64,000 bases of DNA, taken from IMG/VR virus record IMGVR_UViG_2885028616_000003, positions 32,001-96,000 of that record; one strand, given 5' to 3'. This DNA comes from a virus. Its lineage: Duplodnaviria > Caudoviricetes. Below are positions 1-8,921 of this stretch, in pieces; positions within the stretch are counted from its first letter, which is position 1; each line of letters starts with the position of its first letter. A program made the translations under genes and the position numbers. Under the pieces are notes generated by a model, which saw only the letters and a program-made list of their open reading frames with translations, searched no databases and had not been told where the DNA came from.

Positions 1-271
1 CACCTGCCTGGCCAGGGCGCGGACACCGACTCCTTGCTCGTCCATGAGCTGACGGAGTGCCTGGCTGAAGGTCGTCATCGCCCCACCCGTTTCGCCCCGG
101 GTTGATCTGTTGGCCGTGTTGACCGGGCCGGTGGCCTACGGACAACGCCTTCCACGCTAACGCTCACTGCGGTCAGGTGAAGGGCGAAAGGTGTTCCAGG
201 ACACACAGACGGCCCCGGCCGGCGCGCGAACGCCGGGGGTTCCGGGGCCTGACCCGAAACGAGGTCGGGCT

Positions 272-721
272 ATGGGGAAGATACCCAACCCACCGACAGC
301 AGTGGGACCACCCGTGGACATCGAGGGGCGGCTCGCCGCGCTCCGTAAGGAGTTCCCCGGCTGGACGATCGAAGCCAGCACCATGCCGTTCTCCCCTTAC
401 CGCGCTGTCCGCGACGGCGATGACAAGGCGGCGATCCTCGGCGCCGGATCCTATGGCGCTCTGCGGCGACTGCTGCACGAGGCCGACGAGGTCGTCTGTG
501 CGCAGGCCCTCCTCGCCCTGCGCACCGCCCTCGCCAAGCGAGGCGCCGAGGCCTTACTGCACGGCGTCAGCGTCGTCACCCGCTCGCGAACCCGAGTCCA
601 GCGCACCATCGGGGCCCGCCGCGGCCGGTTCACCTGGCACGACGGCACCGACCTCGGCCCCATCAGCGACGTGGACGCCGTCGCCGACGAGATCCTGCAG
701 CAGCTGGAGCTGAAGCGATGA
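272..721 (+). CDS. Hypothetical protein with L-x3-FPGWxI motif
   Basis: ORF 191..721, likely ATG at 272 after GAGG. Stop overlaps the next ATG. Confidence 0.7.
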   Translation: MGKIPNPPTAVGPPVDIEGRLAALRKEFPGWTIEASTMPFSPYRAVRDGDDKAAILGAGSYGALRRLLHEADEVVCAQALLALRTALAKRGAEALLHGVSVVTRSRTRVQRTIGARRGRFTWHDGTDLGPISDVDAVADEILQQLELKR

Positions 722-1212
722 GCAGCGACCAGGAAAAGCAGCAGCTCGCCGACCTCACCACCGCCCACCCCGGCTGGTCGATCCAGCACCTGCCCGAGGC
801 GAACCTCCCCTGGGAAGCCCGCAGGCTCCCGTTCCAGCTGCCTGCTTCAGGTGGATACATGTGGCTGAACGCGCCCACCGCCGCGCGGCTCGCCGACCTG
901 ATCGACGGTGCCCTCCAGTTCGAAGCGCAGCTCGCCACCGAGGACGCCGCGAACGCCCGCCTCGAGGCGCTGCGACTGCGTGCGGTGGCGGCCGGGTTCC
1001 GCGCGGAGTTGGAGCAGGGCGTCCTGACGGTGACCGCGCCACCCGCAGACGACGGGCCCCGCGGGTCAGAGATGGTGACCTGTCGGTCGCGACTCGAGGA
1101 CAACGGGCGGCTGTGGTTCTTCGACGGCGATGGAGCACCGATCGAGCAGGCCGACCACGTGACGGACGCCGTGGTGATCCTCGGCGGGAAGCTGTGGCGG
1201 ATTCGGTCGTGA
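718..1212 (+). CDS. Hypothetical protein, N-terminus resembles the upstream gene (HPGWSI motif)
   Basis: 164-aa ORF coupled to the upstream gene. Confidence 0.7.
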   Translation: MSSDQEKQQLADLTTAHPGWSIQHLPEANLPWEARRLPFQLPASGGYMWLNAPTAARLADLIDGALQFEAQLATEDAANARLEALRLRAVAAGFRAELEQGVLTVTAPPADDGPRGSEMVTCRSRLEDNGRLWFFDGDGAPIEQADHVTDAVVILGGKLWRIRS

Positions 1213-1518
1213 ACCGCGCCGTCGTGGTTAGCGGCGGTCCAGTGCGCTGACCCCAAGACCGGAGGGCTCCGCCTCTGCCCGTCCCCCCGGGGTCCTCATC
1301 GGGGGTGGGGCTCTCCACCTGTCCCGCGGCTCCGGGAATCGCGCACGGACCGGAGTTGCGGCGGGGCGGCGCGGCCACACAGGGACTGGCCGCGCCGCCC
1401 CTTCCAGACGCGCGCCGACCGCGATCCGCTGCGTTATCCCCCAGTTCATCGCGGTCGGCGCGCACCGAGACGGCGGCGGCGCGGTCCCTGCGGACGCGCG
1501 CCAGCCACGGCTACACGT

Positions 1519-2877
1519 TCAAGCGGGCCGCAGGACGCTGGTCAGGAGTCTGTCAGCTTGGCGCACATCGGCGTCGCCTCGGTACGGCTGCCATGCGGTC
1601 CTGATCTGGCTGAGCACCCCCTGCACGCGCTCGGAGGAGACGGCAGTGAGGGTGTCCGACAGGTCCAGCAGTGTCCGGGCAGCCTGGTCGGGGTGCCGGC
1701 GGCGTAGTTGGACGTACGCCAATCGGGCGCCGATGAGCGCGCGGGTGCGCCGCTCGACAGGACGCCGAGAGTCCACCGACGCCGCGTAGTGCTCCTCCGC
1801 TCCAGCAAGGTCGCCGAGCTGGTGAAGGGTCAGACCTACCTGGTGGGCGAACGACTCGCGCCGGTAGGCTCCGGCGATCTCAGCTTCGGGCAGTGAGTCC
1901 GCGCGCTCCAGATCGGCCTCCGCCGCGTGCAGCAGCGATCGGGCGCGGGCACGGTCGCCGCTGGCTGCGGCGAGCGCCTCGGCGCACATCCCGGTGATCC
2001 ACGCGCGCGTGCGTACGGGTGCCCCGGTCCGGATCCCGTCGGCGGCGGCGTCGGCCAGGTCCCGGCCAGCCCGGTTGTGGCCGAGTTCGACTGCCTGGAC
2101 GGCCAGACCCCGCAGCGCCGTCGCGCGCATCACCGGGTGCTCCGCCTCGTCGGCCAGCCGCACCGACTGGACGTAGTAGCGCTGCGCGACGCCGGGCCGA
2201 CCCGAGTCGGCTGCCATGTAAGCCGCCAGGTAGGCCAGCTCGGCGGCGGCGACGAACAACGCGGGCCGGGCGGCGCCGGTGGTGCCGCGCAGGAGGGGCG
2301 CGACGTCGTGGGTGAGGTAGGCACCGAGCGCTGAGCGGGCGTGCCCGCCGCCGTACAGGTCGTCCAAGTCGCCGAAGTATCGGGTCGTTTCGCGGATGCG
2401 GGCGACGTCGGCGGCGCCAGCGCGGCGCGGCTCTCCAGCCCGGCGTGTGATTCGGTGAAGCCGGTCGGGTAGGGCTGCGGCGGCCAGGGAGTACAGGCCG
2501 GCCGCAAGGGCGTCGCGCCGGTCGAGGTCGAGCATCTCGCTCCGTCCGAGGGTTGTGATCCAGGTGACGGGGTCACCGCGCCAAGGGTCGTCAGGTCCGG
2601 TGACTGTTCCGGCCGGCCAGCCGAGGTCGCAGGCGGTGAGGCCGGGCTCGTCCAGCAGGCGCGAGAACGCTTCGACGGCGTACGCCATCGTCGCCTGGAC
2701 AGGCACCGCACCATTGAGCCATTTACCCAGAGTGGCGGCCGTGCATCGCAAGTTCTTGCCATCCTCAGCGGCCACGTTATTGATCAATATGGCGATTGAT
2801 GCGTAGGTGCGGCTACCGCGTTTGATCGCCGCGTCCAGTTCGACGTTACGTAAGATCCGCGTGCGTGGCCGTGACAT
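1519..2877 (-). CDS. Actinobacterial XRE-like HTH plus TPR/helical-repeat transcriptional regulator (NsdA-like)
   Basis: N-terminal 'TLGKWLNGAVP', then 'DRRDAL', 'LDDLYGGG', 'AQRYYVQSVRLADEA' and helical repeats. Start placed at MSRPR. Confidence 0.8.
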   Translation of the reverse strand: MSRPRTRILRNVELDAAIKRGSRTYASIAILINNVAAEDGKNLRCTAATLGKWLNGAVPVQATMAYAVEAFSRLLDEPGLTACDLGWPAGTVTGPDDPWRGDPVTWITTLGRSEMLDLDRRDALAAGLYSLAAAALPDRLHRITRRAGEPRRAGAADVARIRETTRYFGDLDDLYGGGHARSALGAYLTHDVAPLLRGTTGAARPALFVAAAELAYLAAYMAADSGRPGVAQRYYVQSVRLADEAEHPVMRATALRGLAVQAVELGHNRAGRDLADAAADGIRTGAPVRTRAWITGMCAEALAAASGDRARARSLLHAAEADLERADSLPEAEIAGAYRRESFAHQVGLTLHQLGDLAGAEEHYAASVDSRRPVERRTRALIGARLAYVQLRRRHPDQAARTLLDLSDTLTAVSSERVQGVLSQIRTAWQPYRGDADVRQADRLLTSVLRPA

Positions 2878-2930
2878 CACCCTCACCCTCCTATCAGGGC
2901 TTTTAACTCCATGTTCCTCGCACTTCACCA

Positions 2931-2970
2931 GCAAAGCAATACGAAGCAAAACGAGGAAAACGAAGCAAAA
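2931..2970. promoter_or_regulatory. Tandem ~10-bp A-rich direct repeats (ACGAAGCAAA-like) in a divergent promoter
   Basis: gcaaagcaat acgaagcaaa acgaggaaa acgaagcaaaa, between divergent genes. Confidence 0.55.
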
Positions 2971-3047
2971 TACTACGCCCTACCAGCGACGTGAACGGAG
3001 GTATTTCCTTAACCCAACCGCACAGTTTCTCTGACGAAGGGAAGCCA

Positions 3048-3326
3048 ATGACCATCACCACCGCCCAGCCGGTGCCAGCCACCCGCGAAGTGATCTCGCC
3101 GGCGCTGTTCGAGCTGGTCGCCGCCCGCGCCGCCGCCGAGCACTCCATGCCGCCCGGCCTCGCCGAGCGGTCCCTCACCCAGACCCTCACGATGCTCCAC
3201 GCGATCGCCGCCCACCCCGGCACGGTGATCCACCCGCCGCGCGTCATCGACGTCACGTGGCACATGCTGATCCTGCACACCGCCGAGTACATGGCTCTGT
3301 GCGACCGGCTGGCCGGGCACTACCTG
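3048..3326 (+). pseudogene. Truncated glycine-rich-domain/DUF1399-like protein
   Basis: 'IDVTWHMLILHTAEYMALCDRLAGHYL' motif, but the expected following HHxP is missing and the frame continues into unrelated sequence. Confidence 0.55.
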
Positions 3327-3666
3327 GCGCGGTACCGGAGCCGACTGGGCCAACGACTCTCTACGGCACAGCGACGCCGCGGACATCACCCCGTCCATGG
3401 TGCGGGCGTGGCTGCGCAAGAACTCGCGGCTGATCCGTACGGTGTGCTCGACGCCGGAGGAGGCCGCGGCGTGGGCGATGACGCAGTGGACGCGGGCCCG
3501 CGCAGAGTCGCTCACCCCGGTTCCCGAGTGGATCGTCGACGAGGAGCAGGAGCGCTCGAACCTGTATGAGCTGCGCGTGGGGAACGACATCTCGAAGGGG
3601 CTGTGGGTGAAAGGCCCGTCCATGGTGTCGTGGGGCGTGGTGGGGACTGCCGAGCGCTGCCACTGA
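3322..3666 (+). pseudogene. Actinobacterial hypothetical protein, apparently lacking its N-terminus
   Basis: Protein-like frame 'TWRGTGADWANDSLRH...VRAWLRK...PEEAAAW' begins at the junction with the previous gene. In-frame ATG at 3397. Confidence 0.45.
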
Positions 3667-3690
3667 GCACAGCGATCCAGGCAAAACGAA

Positions 3691-3721
3691 ACGGCCCACC
3701 CCCATGTGGAGGGTGGGCCGT
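3691..3721. terminator. Hairpin between convergent genes
   Basis: Perfect 11-bp stem acggcccaccc / gggtgggccgt. Confidence 0.7.
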
Positions 3722-3807
3722 CCCGTTGCCAGGCCCCGTATTCAGAAGGTCTGCGGCCGACGCTACGCCCGCACCCCCGCGCCGGTCTACCATCAGGCGG
3801 GGGCCGG

Positions 3808-4203
3808 TCACGGCCAGCGGTGCTCCGGCGCCGGATCCACCAGCGCGTACTCCGCCCGAGCCGCGCGGGCCCGGCCCACGCCGATCCAGTGGTCCAGCAG
3901 CCCCCGCGACGCGCCGGCCTCCACGAGCAGCTCGGCCGCCGCGCGGTTCGCCTCCGGATGGTCGGTGGGGGCGGTGCCGAGGAGGAGCCCGGCGACCTCG
4001 GCCAGCAGGTCCGCGCGCAGCACCGGGGCGGGCTGGTGCACTGCGCCGCGGCGTGCTGGCGGGTGCACGGTCGCGATGTCCCGGAGCTCCGCGACCGCTC
4101 GAGCGCGCGCTGCGCCGGTCGGGGGGTTCCATCCGGCGAGGCGGGTTGCGGTGCCGGTGAGGCGGGAGGCGATGACGCGGTCTGGGGTCTGGCGGTAACC
4201 CAT
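3808..4203 (-). CDS. Hypothetical protein, probably leaderless and LexA-regulated
   Basis: 131-aa ORF. TATCCT -10 element 6 nt upstream of the ATG, overlapped by an SOS-like box. Confidence 0.7.
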   Translation of the reverse strand: MGYRQTPDRVIASRLTGTATRLAGWNPPTGAARARAVAELRDIATVHPPARRGAVHQPAPVLRADLLAEVAGLLLGTAPTDHPEANRAAAELLVEAGASRGLLDHWIGVGRARAARAEYALVDPAPEHRWP

Positions 4204-4213
4204 CCGGCAAGGA

Positions 4214-4229
4214 TAGAACGTGTTTTCGA
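4214..4229 (-). promoter_or_regulatory. Putative LexA (SOS) box
   Basis: TCGAAA-ACAC-GTTCTA versus actinobacterial consensus TCGAAC-N4-GTTCGA (2 mismatches). Confidence 0.6.
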
Positions 4230-4332
4230 CGCAAGGTGGCGAGGGTGCGGCTGAGCTGGGCTAGTGGCGCGAGTGTGTCCATGCGGGGGACGGTAGGTGC
4301 GGCGCTGGCGGTGGCGTGGCCGAGCGGGATTC

Positions 4333-4341
4333 TGTGGATAA
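4333..4341 (-). promoter_or_regulatory. DnaA-box-like 9-mer (TTATCCACA)
   Basis: tgtggataa on + strand, intergenic. Confidence 0.4.
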
Positions 4342-4373
4342 CCAGGGGATCTTGGCAGGATGCGGACAGCCTC

Positions 4374-4401
4374 TAGACCTTACAGCGCAACGCTGTATAG
4401 T
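4374..4401 (+). promoter_or_regulatory. Promoter (TAGACC...TATAGT) with palindromic operator TACAGCG-caa-CGCTGTA
   Basis: Perfect 7-bp inverted repeat at 4381-4397 between the -35 and -10 elements. Confidence 0.7.
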
Positions 4402-4434
4402 TGAGGGTGTCAGCAGGACACAGGGGAGGCCGAG

Positions 4435-4989
4435 ATGGACACCACCACCGCCGCGCAGCAGGCAGGCGTCACCGTCGCCACCATCCGCACTTGGTGCCGA
4501 CGCAACGTCATCGCCGCCATCAAGCGCGCCGGCCGGTGGACCATCGACGCCGCCTCCCTCATCCGCCGCATTGAGATTGGCAGGAAGGGCGCCATGGAAG
4601 CCCCGATCCACCTGAGCAGCAAGCGAGTCCCCGGCATGCTCGTCGCTGTCGGCTCCGCCTCCACCCTGGCCTCCGCCTACAGCAACGGCACGCCCGTCAC
4701 CCTCGCCGGGAAGTTCGCCGGTGAGCGCGTCTACCTCGGCCACACCCGGCAGACCTGGGACGACGGTGTCACCGTCGAGACCCTCGGCCGGGCGGGCGAG
4801 ACCTGGACGCACGAGGGCATGCAGATCGCCGCCTACCACCTCGACCTCACCCGGCTCCAGGAGGCGCCCCGCCTCGCGGAGCTGGTCCGCCAGGTCGAGA
4901 ACCGCCGGATCCAGCGTGCGATGGACGTCGAGGCCCGCGCCGCCGCCAAGGAGCACGAGCTTGAGCACGGCAGCGAGGACGGTGCTTGA
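4435..4989 (+). CDS. Excisionase/MerR-like HTH domain protein
   Basis: N-terminal 'AAQQAGVTVATIRTWCRRNVIAAIKRAGRWTID' and GGAGG RBS. Confidence 0.8.
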   Translation: MDTTTAAQQAGVTVATIRTWCRRNVIAAIKRAGRWTIDAASLIRRIEIGRKGAMEAPIHLSSKRVPGMLVAVGSASTLASAYSNGTPVTLAGKFAGERVYLGHTRQTWDDGVTVETLGRAGETWTHEGMQIAAYHLDLTRLQEAPRLAELVRQVENRRIQRAMDVEARAAAKEHELEHGSEDGA

Positions 4990-5585
4990 TGACACTGCAC
5001 CTGTACCTGAGGGACGGCGCCCGTCAACCCGACGTCATCGATTCCGACCGTCTCAGTCCCCGGGCGCGTGCTCTGGCGGAGGCGATCGCGTCGGGCCCGG
5101 CCAGCGACACCGGCAAAGGGGTGATCACGTGCATGCGCCGTGACGCCCTGGAGGGGATGACCGTCGCCCAGGCGGCTAAGGCGATCATGGATGATGACCT
5201 GTCCCCGCAGTCGCTGGCGTCAGTGGGCTGGCGGTCATGGTCGCGGTATCCGGCCGCCTCGGCGATGGATCCGCACGAGTACCTGGAGATCCAGGCCCGG
5301 CGGATCCCCGGAGACTGGGTGATCATCGGGCATGCGTACGCGCCAGGACCGCAAGCGCAGGCGGCCGTGGCTGATCAGGGGATCACGGCGTCGGAGGTAC
5401 TGGAGACACTGCGGCGGCTGGGCCGTCCCGTGGCGCCAGGGACATGGCGGTCCTACGTCGCGCGGGGGCAAGCGCCTCGCCCGGTACGGCACGTCGGGAC
5501 CACTCCGCTGTGGGAACGGCAGGCCGTGGTCGACTGGGCACAAGCACCGCGCCGCCCTGGGACCCGCACCGACCTGACCCGCTGA
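4989..5585 (+). CDS. Protein with C-terminal AlpA-like HTH
   Basis: 'TWRSYVARGQAPRP...PLWERQAVVDW...RPGTRTDL'. Confidence 0.75.
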   Translation: MTLHLYLRDGARQPDVIDSDRLSPRARALAEAIASGPASDTGKGVITCMRRDALEGMTVAQAAKAIMDDDLSPQSLASVGWRSWSRYPAASAMDPHEYLEIQARRIPGDWVIIGHAYAPGPQAQAAVADQGITASEVLETLRRLGRPVAPGTWRSYVARGQAPRPVRHVGTTPLWERQAVVDWAQAPRRPGTRTDLTR

Positions 5586-5604
5586 CCTCAGGCACGACGA
5601 AGAG

Positions 5605-5649
5605 CGCCCCGCTCCCCCGGCCGCCGAAGCGGTCGAGAGAGCGGGGCGG
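5605..5649. terminator. Hairpin between convergent genes (end of late operon)
   Basis: Stem cgccccgctc ... gagcggggcg. Confidence 0.55.
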
Positions 5650-5689
5650 TTCCTCGCGTCGGGCTTCGCTGCCCGGCGAACAGTTCAGA

Positions 5690-5953
5690 TCAGGGCTGCA
5701 CCTTCGGATACGTCGCCGGCGCGCGGCGCAGCCCGAGAGCCACCAGGAACCGGCCCGCCTGCGGGTAGCGCTCCTCGATCGCGCGAGCCGCAGCGTAGTA
5801 GGCGCCGATCACCACAGCGGCAGAGCCGAGCTTCAGCATGGTGCTGGCGTCCTCGTCGACGATCACACCGAAGTGGACGGCGAGCCACGCCAGGGCGGCC
5901 CCGATCCCAGTCGAGACCCACGTCCTGATCAGGGACACGGCGTAGTCGGACAT
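5690..5953 (-). CDS. Putative holin
   Basis: Two hydrophobic segments, 'SLIRTWVS...YYAAARAIE', downstream of the endolysin. Confidence 0.75.
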   Translation of the reverse strand: MSDYAVSLIRTWVSTGIGAALAWLAVHFGVIVDEDASTMLKLGSAAVVIGAYYAAARAIEERYPQAGRFLVALGLRRAPATYPKVQP

Positions 5954-5996
5954 TGCGACCCCCTTCAGGCCATGGACGGCGCACGCCGCCCCATGT

Positions 5997-6170
5997 TCAT
6001 TCGCTGGCGACGGCGTCCGCGACGGCACGTGCGGCTGCGCGCCAGGCGTTCTGGATGCGGTCGCCCAGGTCCTCCCAGGCGGGCATCGGCTCGCCGCGGA
6101 AGTTCTTGCGGTCGGTGGTCTCGCCGTACGCGGCGTACGCGGCCTCGGCGAGCTGGTCGATGTCAGGCAC
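5997..6170 (-). CDS. Small phage protein (57 aa), absent from the ORF track
   Basis: GAGGAG RBS and GTG start. MPDIDQLAEAAYAAYGETTDRKNFRGEPMPAWEDLGDRIQNAWRAAA... Confidence 0.75.
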   Translation of the reverse strand: MPDIDQLAEAAYAAYGETTDRKNFRGEPMPAWEDLGDRIQNAWRAAARAVADAVASE

Positions 6171-6268
6171 AGGTCTCCTCCGGACAGGTTGCAGAGGGGC
6201 CGGAAAATATGACGGAGAATATGCCGACGCAGGTCAGGGAGCCCTCGGCTGCCCGGTGTTGGCGCCGG

Positions 6269-7006
6269 TCAGTGGACGCGCAGCAGGACCGGCCAGGTCT
6301 GCCGCCCGACGATCCCGTCGTCGTCGACACCGCCCCACCGTTGCACGGCCCTCACTGCCGCCTCAGTCTTGGCGTCGAACGTGCCCGTCATGCGCACCTC
6401 GGGGTGGCTGCGCGCGAGCAGCAGCCCCTGCAGCGACTCGACGTGCTCGCCGGTGTCGCCTCGGCTGAGCTCGGGGAGTTTCTTCATCATGACCTCCTGC
6501 CAGGTCTCTGCGGACGGAGCCGACGACGGGCTGCCGCCGCTGGGGTAGGCCGGGCGGCCGAGCCCGGCGATGACGCCGGCGTCGCGGACGCGGCGGCGCA
6601 CGGAGTCGCTGGTGTTGCCCTCGATCGTCTGAACCCGGCCGCCGCCGAGCACGGCCTCGACCAGGCCGACGTGGTCGATCGCGCCGATGCCGTCGGTGCC
6701 GCCCCAGTCGAAGAACACAATGTCGCCCGGCTTGGCGGCGTTGACGTTCGCGGTCGTCCCGGCGTGCCAGCGTCCGGCCTTCTGGAAGTCCTGCGCGTGC
6801 CACACCGTGTAGGCGCGGTCACCGCCCGGCAGCACCGCGCTGGTGTTCCCGCTGTGCCGCGCCCAGTAGGTGATGGCCATGTCGCACCAGGACGCGCGGA
6901 GGAACTCGTCGCCTTCCCGGGTCGCGTACTCCCTCGTGATCGCGTTCGGGCGCCCGGACATGCCCAGCGTCTTGCGGGCCTCGGCGATCATGCGCGCGGC
7001 GGTCAT
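6269..7006 (-). CDS. Endolysin: CHAP amidase plus C-terminal peptidoglycan-binding domain
   Basis: 'WCDM', 'PGDIVFFDW', 'HVGLVE', 'TIEGNT'. PG-binding motif 'DGIVGRQTW'. Confidence 0.92.
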   Translation of the reverse strand: MTAARMIAEARKTLGMSGRPNAITREYATREGDEFLRASWCDMAITYWARHSGNTSAVLPGGDRAYTVWHAQDFQKAGRWHAGTTANVNAAKPGDIVFFDWGGTDGIGAIDHVGLVEAVLGGGRVQTIEGNTSDSVRRRVRDAGVIAGLGRPAYPSGGSPSSAPSAETWQEVMMKKLPELSRGDTGEHVESLQGLLLARSHPEVRMTGTFDAKTEAAVRAVQRWGGVDDDGIVGRQTWPVLLRVH

Positions 7007-7146
7007 GCCGGGCCTTCCTCGTCGGCCTTGTCCTCGCCGCGGAAGACGCCGTCGGCGTCGGGCGGGCCGTACAGGTCTTTCAGCACGGCCTCCTCATCCC
7101 CCTCGGTCGGCCCCGCTTCCGGGTCCGGGATCTCCGTACGTGCCAT
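7003..7146 (-). CDS. Small acidic hypothetical protein
   Basis: AAGGAG RBS. Stop overlaps the endolysin start. Confidence 0.6.
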   Translation of the reverse strand: MARTEIPDPEAGPTEGDEEAVLKDLYGPPDADGVFRGEDKADEEGPA

Positions 7147-7175
7147 GGGTGGCTCCTTCCTTGCAGGAAGCGGCA

Positions 7176-7508
7176 TCAGCGCTTCCTCGCCTCGTCGCGG
7201 CGGAACGCGGGCCTGATCTGGCGGCGCCACAGCAGCCCGACGCGCCACACCATCAGGACAGCGACCACGCTGTAGACCGCCGTGCGGCCGACCTCGTCAC
7301 CGGCGGTGGGCGGCGGCGCCGCGAAGATCGACCGGTAGGCCAGCCAGGACAGAATGAGCGCGAGACCGCCGGTGAACGACATCAGGTGCCGGCCCTCGCC
7401 GGACCGCCACCACGGCGCGGTCAGGTGGTACAGGCCGCAGAACGCAACCGCGCTGGCCAGCGCCAGCCACAGCGCGATGGTCCCGGCCAGGTGCACTTCA
7501 TGGATCAA
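7176..7508 (-). CDS. Membrane protein of the lysis cassette (holin-like)
   Basis: Three hydrophobic segments, 'WWRSGEGRHLM'. Confidence 0.7.
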   Translation of the reverse strand: MIHEVHLAGTIALWLALASAVAFCGLYHLTAPWWRSGEGRHLMSFTGGLALILSWLAYRSIFAAPPPTAGDEVGRTAVYSVVAVLMVWRVGLLWRRQIRPAFRRDEARKR

Positions 7509-7708
7509 CGCCCCTCCTTCAACGCGCGCTCGATGGCCTCAGCGAGGTGGTTACGTTCGCGCATGGCGCGGATCCGTTCGGCGAGGCGGTGACCGGCCTC
7601 ATCTCGGCGACGACTCTCAGCGAGCCGCTCTGACGCACGCTCCAACGCCTCATCGGCGCGGGCCTGCTCGCCATCGTCCGGATGCTCGTGCTTCCACGGC
7701 CACCTCAT
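7505..7708 (-). CDS. Small coiled-coil phage protein
   Basis: MRWPWK...RERNHLAEAIERAL, with coupled start/stop overlaps. Confidence 0.7.
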   Translation of the reverse strand: MRWPWKHEHPDDGEQARADEALERASERLAESRRRDEAGHRLAERIRAMRERNHLAEAIERALKEGR

Positions 7709-7992
7709 CGGCGAGCCCTCTCGATCAGCGACGACAGCAGCTGCGTGTGGAGTTCCGCGGCCTCGGTAAGCGAGTCGAGGCGTCCTTCGAACGCGTCGAT
7801 GCGTTCTTCGGACTTGTGGCACGAGGCCTCCCACTTGTCGGCCCGGCGCTCTTCGCGTTCCAGAACGCTGCGCGGCACCAGGTCGCCTCTGACGATCGCG
7901 CGGACGACCAGACCCACAGCGCCGAGCAGGAGAAGGACCACTCCGCCGGCGACGAGGGTCTGCCATGGGATCTGCGCCAGGGCCGCGGTCAA
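7705..7992 (-). CDS. Membrane-anchored coiled-coil protein (lysis region)
   Basis: TTG start overlapping the upstream stop. TM helix followed by 'GDLVPRS'. Confidence 0.7.
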   Translation of the reverse strand: MTAALAQIPWQTLVAGGVVLLLLGAVGLVVRAIVRGDLVPRSVLEREERRADKWEASCHKSEERIDAFEGRLDSLTEAAELHTQLLSSLIERARR

Positions 7993-8909
7993 GTTGCCTC
8001 CGGGGTTTGGATCGTGGCGTCCCAGACGTTGCCGTCGCGCGCGGCCTTGATCCCCGAGTACGGGGGCTGGCCGCTCTTGGCGGGGGCCTTCAGCTTCACC
8101 TGGGAGATGCGGACCTCGCCGATGACCGCCTGCGGGACCGTGAGCTTCACCTGGGCGATGTGCAGCAGGGGCGCGTCGCCGGGGTTCGGGGCGAGGAGTT
8201 TGACCTGGGAGATCCGCAGCTCGGGTGGATCTGCTGGCGTGTACTTGTAGGTCGCGACGGCCGCGGTGTACGTGCTGGAGGACGACAGGGTGAGGGTCCC
8301 CTGCTGCGCGCCGGTCGCGTTGACGTACTGCCAGGCGACCTGGAGCGCGCGGTCGCTGGAGCCCGCGGAGGTCTCGACCTTCGCGCCGCCCGTCCACCCG
8401 GCCGGGATCGTCACGGTCCGGCCGCTGCCGAACCCGTAGATGGCGTAGACGAGTTCGTGCGCCTGCGCGGTGGTGGCGGTCGACCCCGTCGACAGCGAGG
8501 TCCCGGACGGTGCGGTGTTCCCGGTCGTCTGGGTCTGGTCCAGCGGCGAGGTGTCGACGTCATCGAACGCGTCGGCTTGCAGGCACCACCGTGAGCGGGT
8601 GCCGCCGGACACCGTGACCGTGATGGTGTCGCCAACCTGCAAGGCCGTCGTGAGTCTCGCACGCAACACCGCACCGGCGACCGTTGAGTTGGAGGTACCG
8701 CCGGCCGTCACATCTGGTGTCGTGCTCCAGGTGTTACTGCGCGAGTCGGCGACTGCGGAGATGGTCGCCACGCCGGTCCCACCGCCAGCCTCCCAGATGA
8801 TGCCGACCAGAACGGTCGACCCGACAGCGGCGCCGGCCGTCAGCGTGATCGCGACGCTCGAGGCTGCCGAGGACTGCGTCTTGGTGCCCAGGACACCCAG
8901 GTGCGCCAT
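7989..8909 (-). CDS. Minor tail/virion protein (beta-rich)
   Basis: S/T/G-rich with C-terminal 'RISQVKL' repeats, in the tail module. Confidence 0.7.
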   Translation of the reverse strand: MAHLGVLGTKTQSSAASSVAITLTAGAAVGSTVLVGIIWEAGGGTGVATISAVADSRSNTWSTTPDVTAGGTSNSTVAGAVLRARLTTALQVGDTITVTVSGGTRSRWCLQADAFDDVDTSPLDQTQTTGNTAPSGTSLSTGSTATTAQAHELVYAIYGFGSGRTVTIPAGWTGGAKVETSAGSSDRALQVAWQYVNATGAQQGTLTLSSSSTYTAAVATYKYTPADPPELRISQVKLLAPNPGDAPLLHIAQVKLTVPQAVIGEVRISQVKLKAPAKSGQPPYSGIKAARDGNVWDATIQTPEAT

Positions 8910-8921
8910 GTCCGCGCCCCG

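Noticed and set aside
2941-2972. Possible self-target of array unit 58233 (NN string AT-GA-CG-AG-CA-AA-AT) in the A-rich repeats
   Set aside because: Only a partial by-eye match that fails in register. A proper gapped search is needed.
6202-6226. Short direct repeat GGA(A/G)AATATG(A/C)CG as an att site
   Set aside because: It lies inside the lysis cassette, has only two short copies, and no integrase or partner site is in the window.
5444-7216. 590-aa + strand ORF, and similar long antisense ORFs (16185-18176, 28876-30507, 42057-43598)
   Set aside because: Shadow ORFs opposite well-supported phage genes, expected in high-GC DNA.
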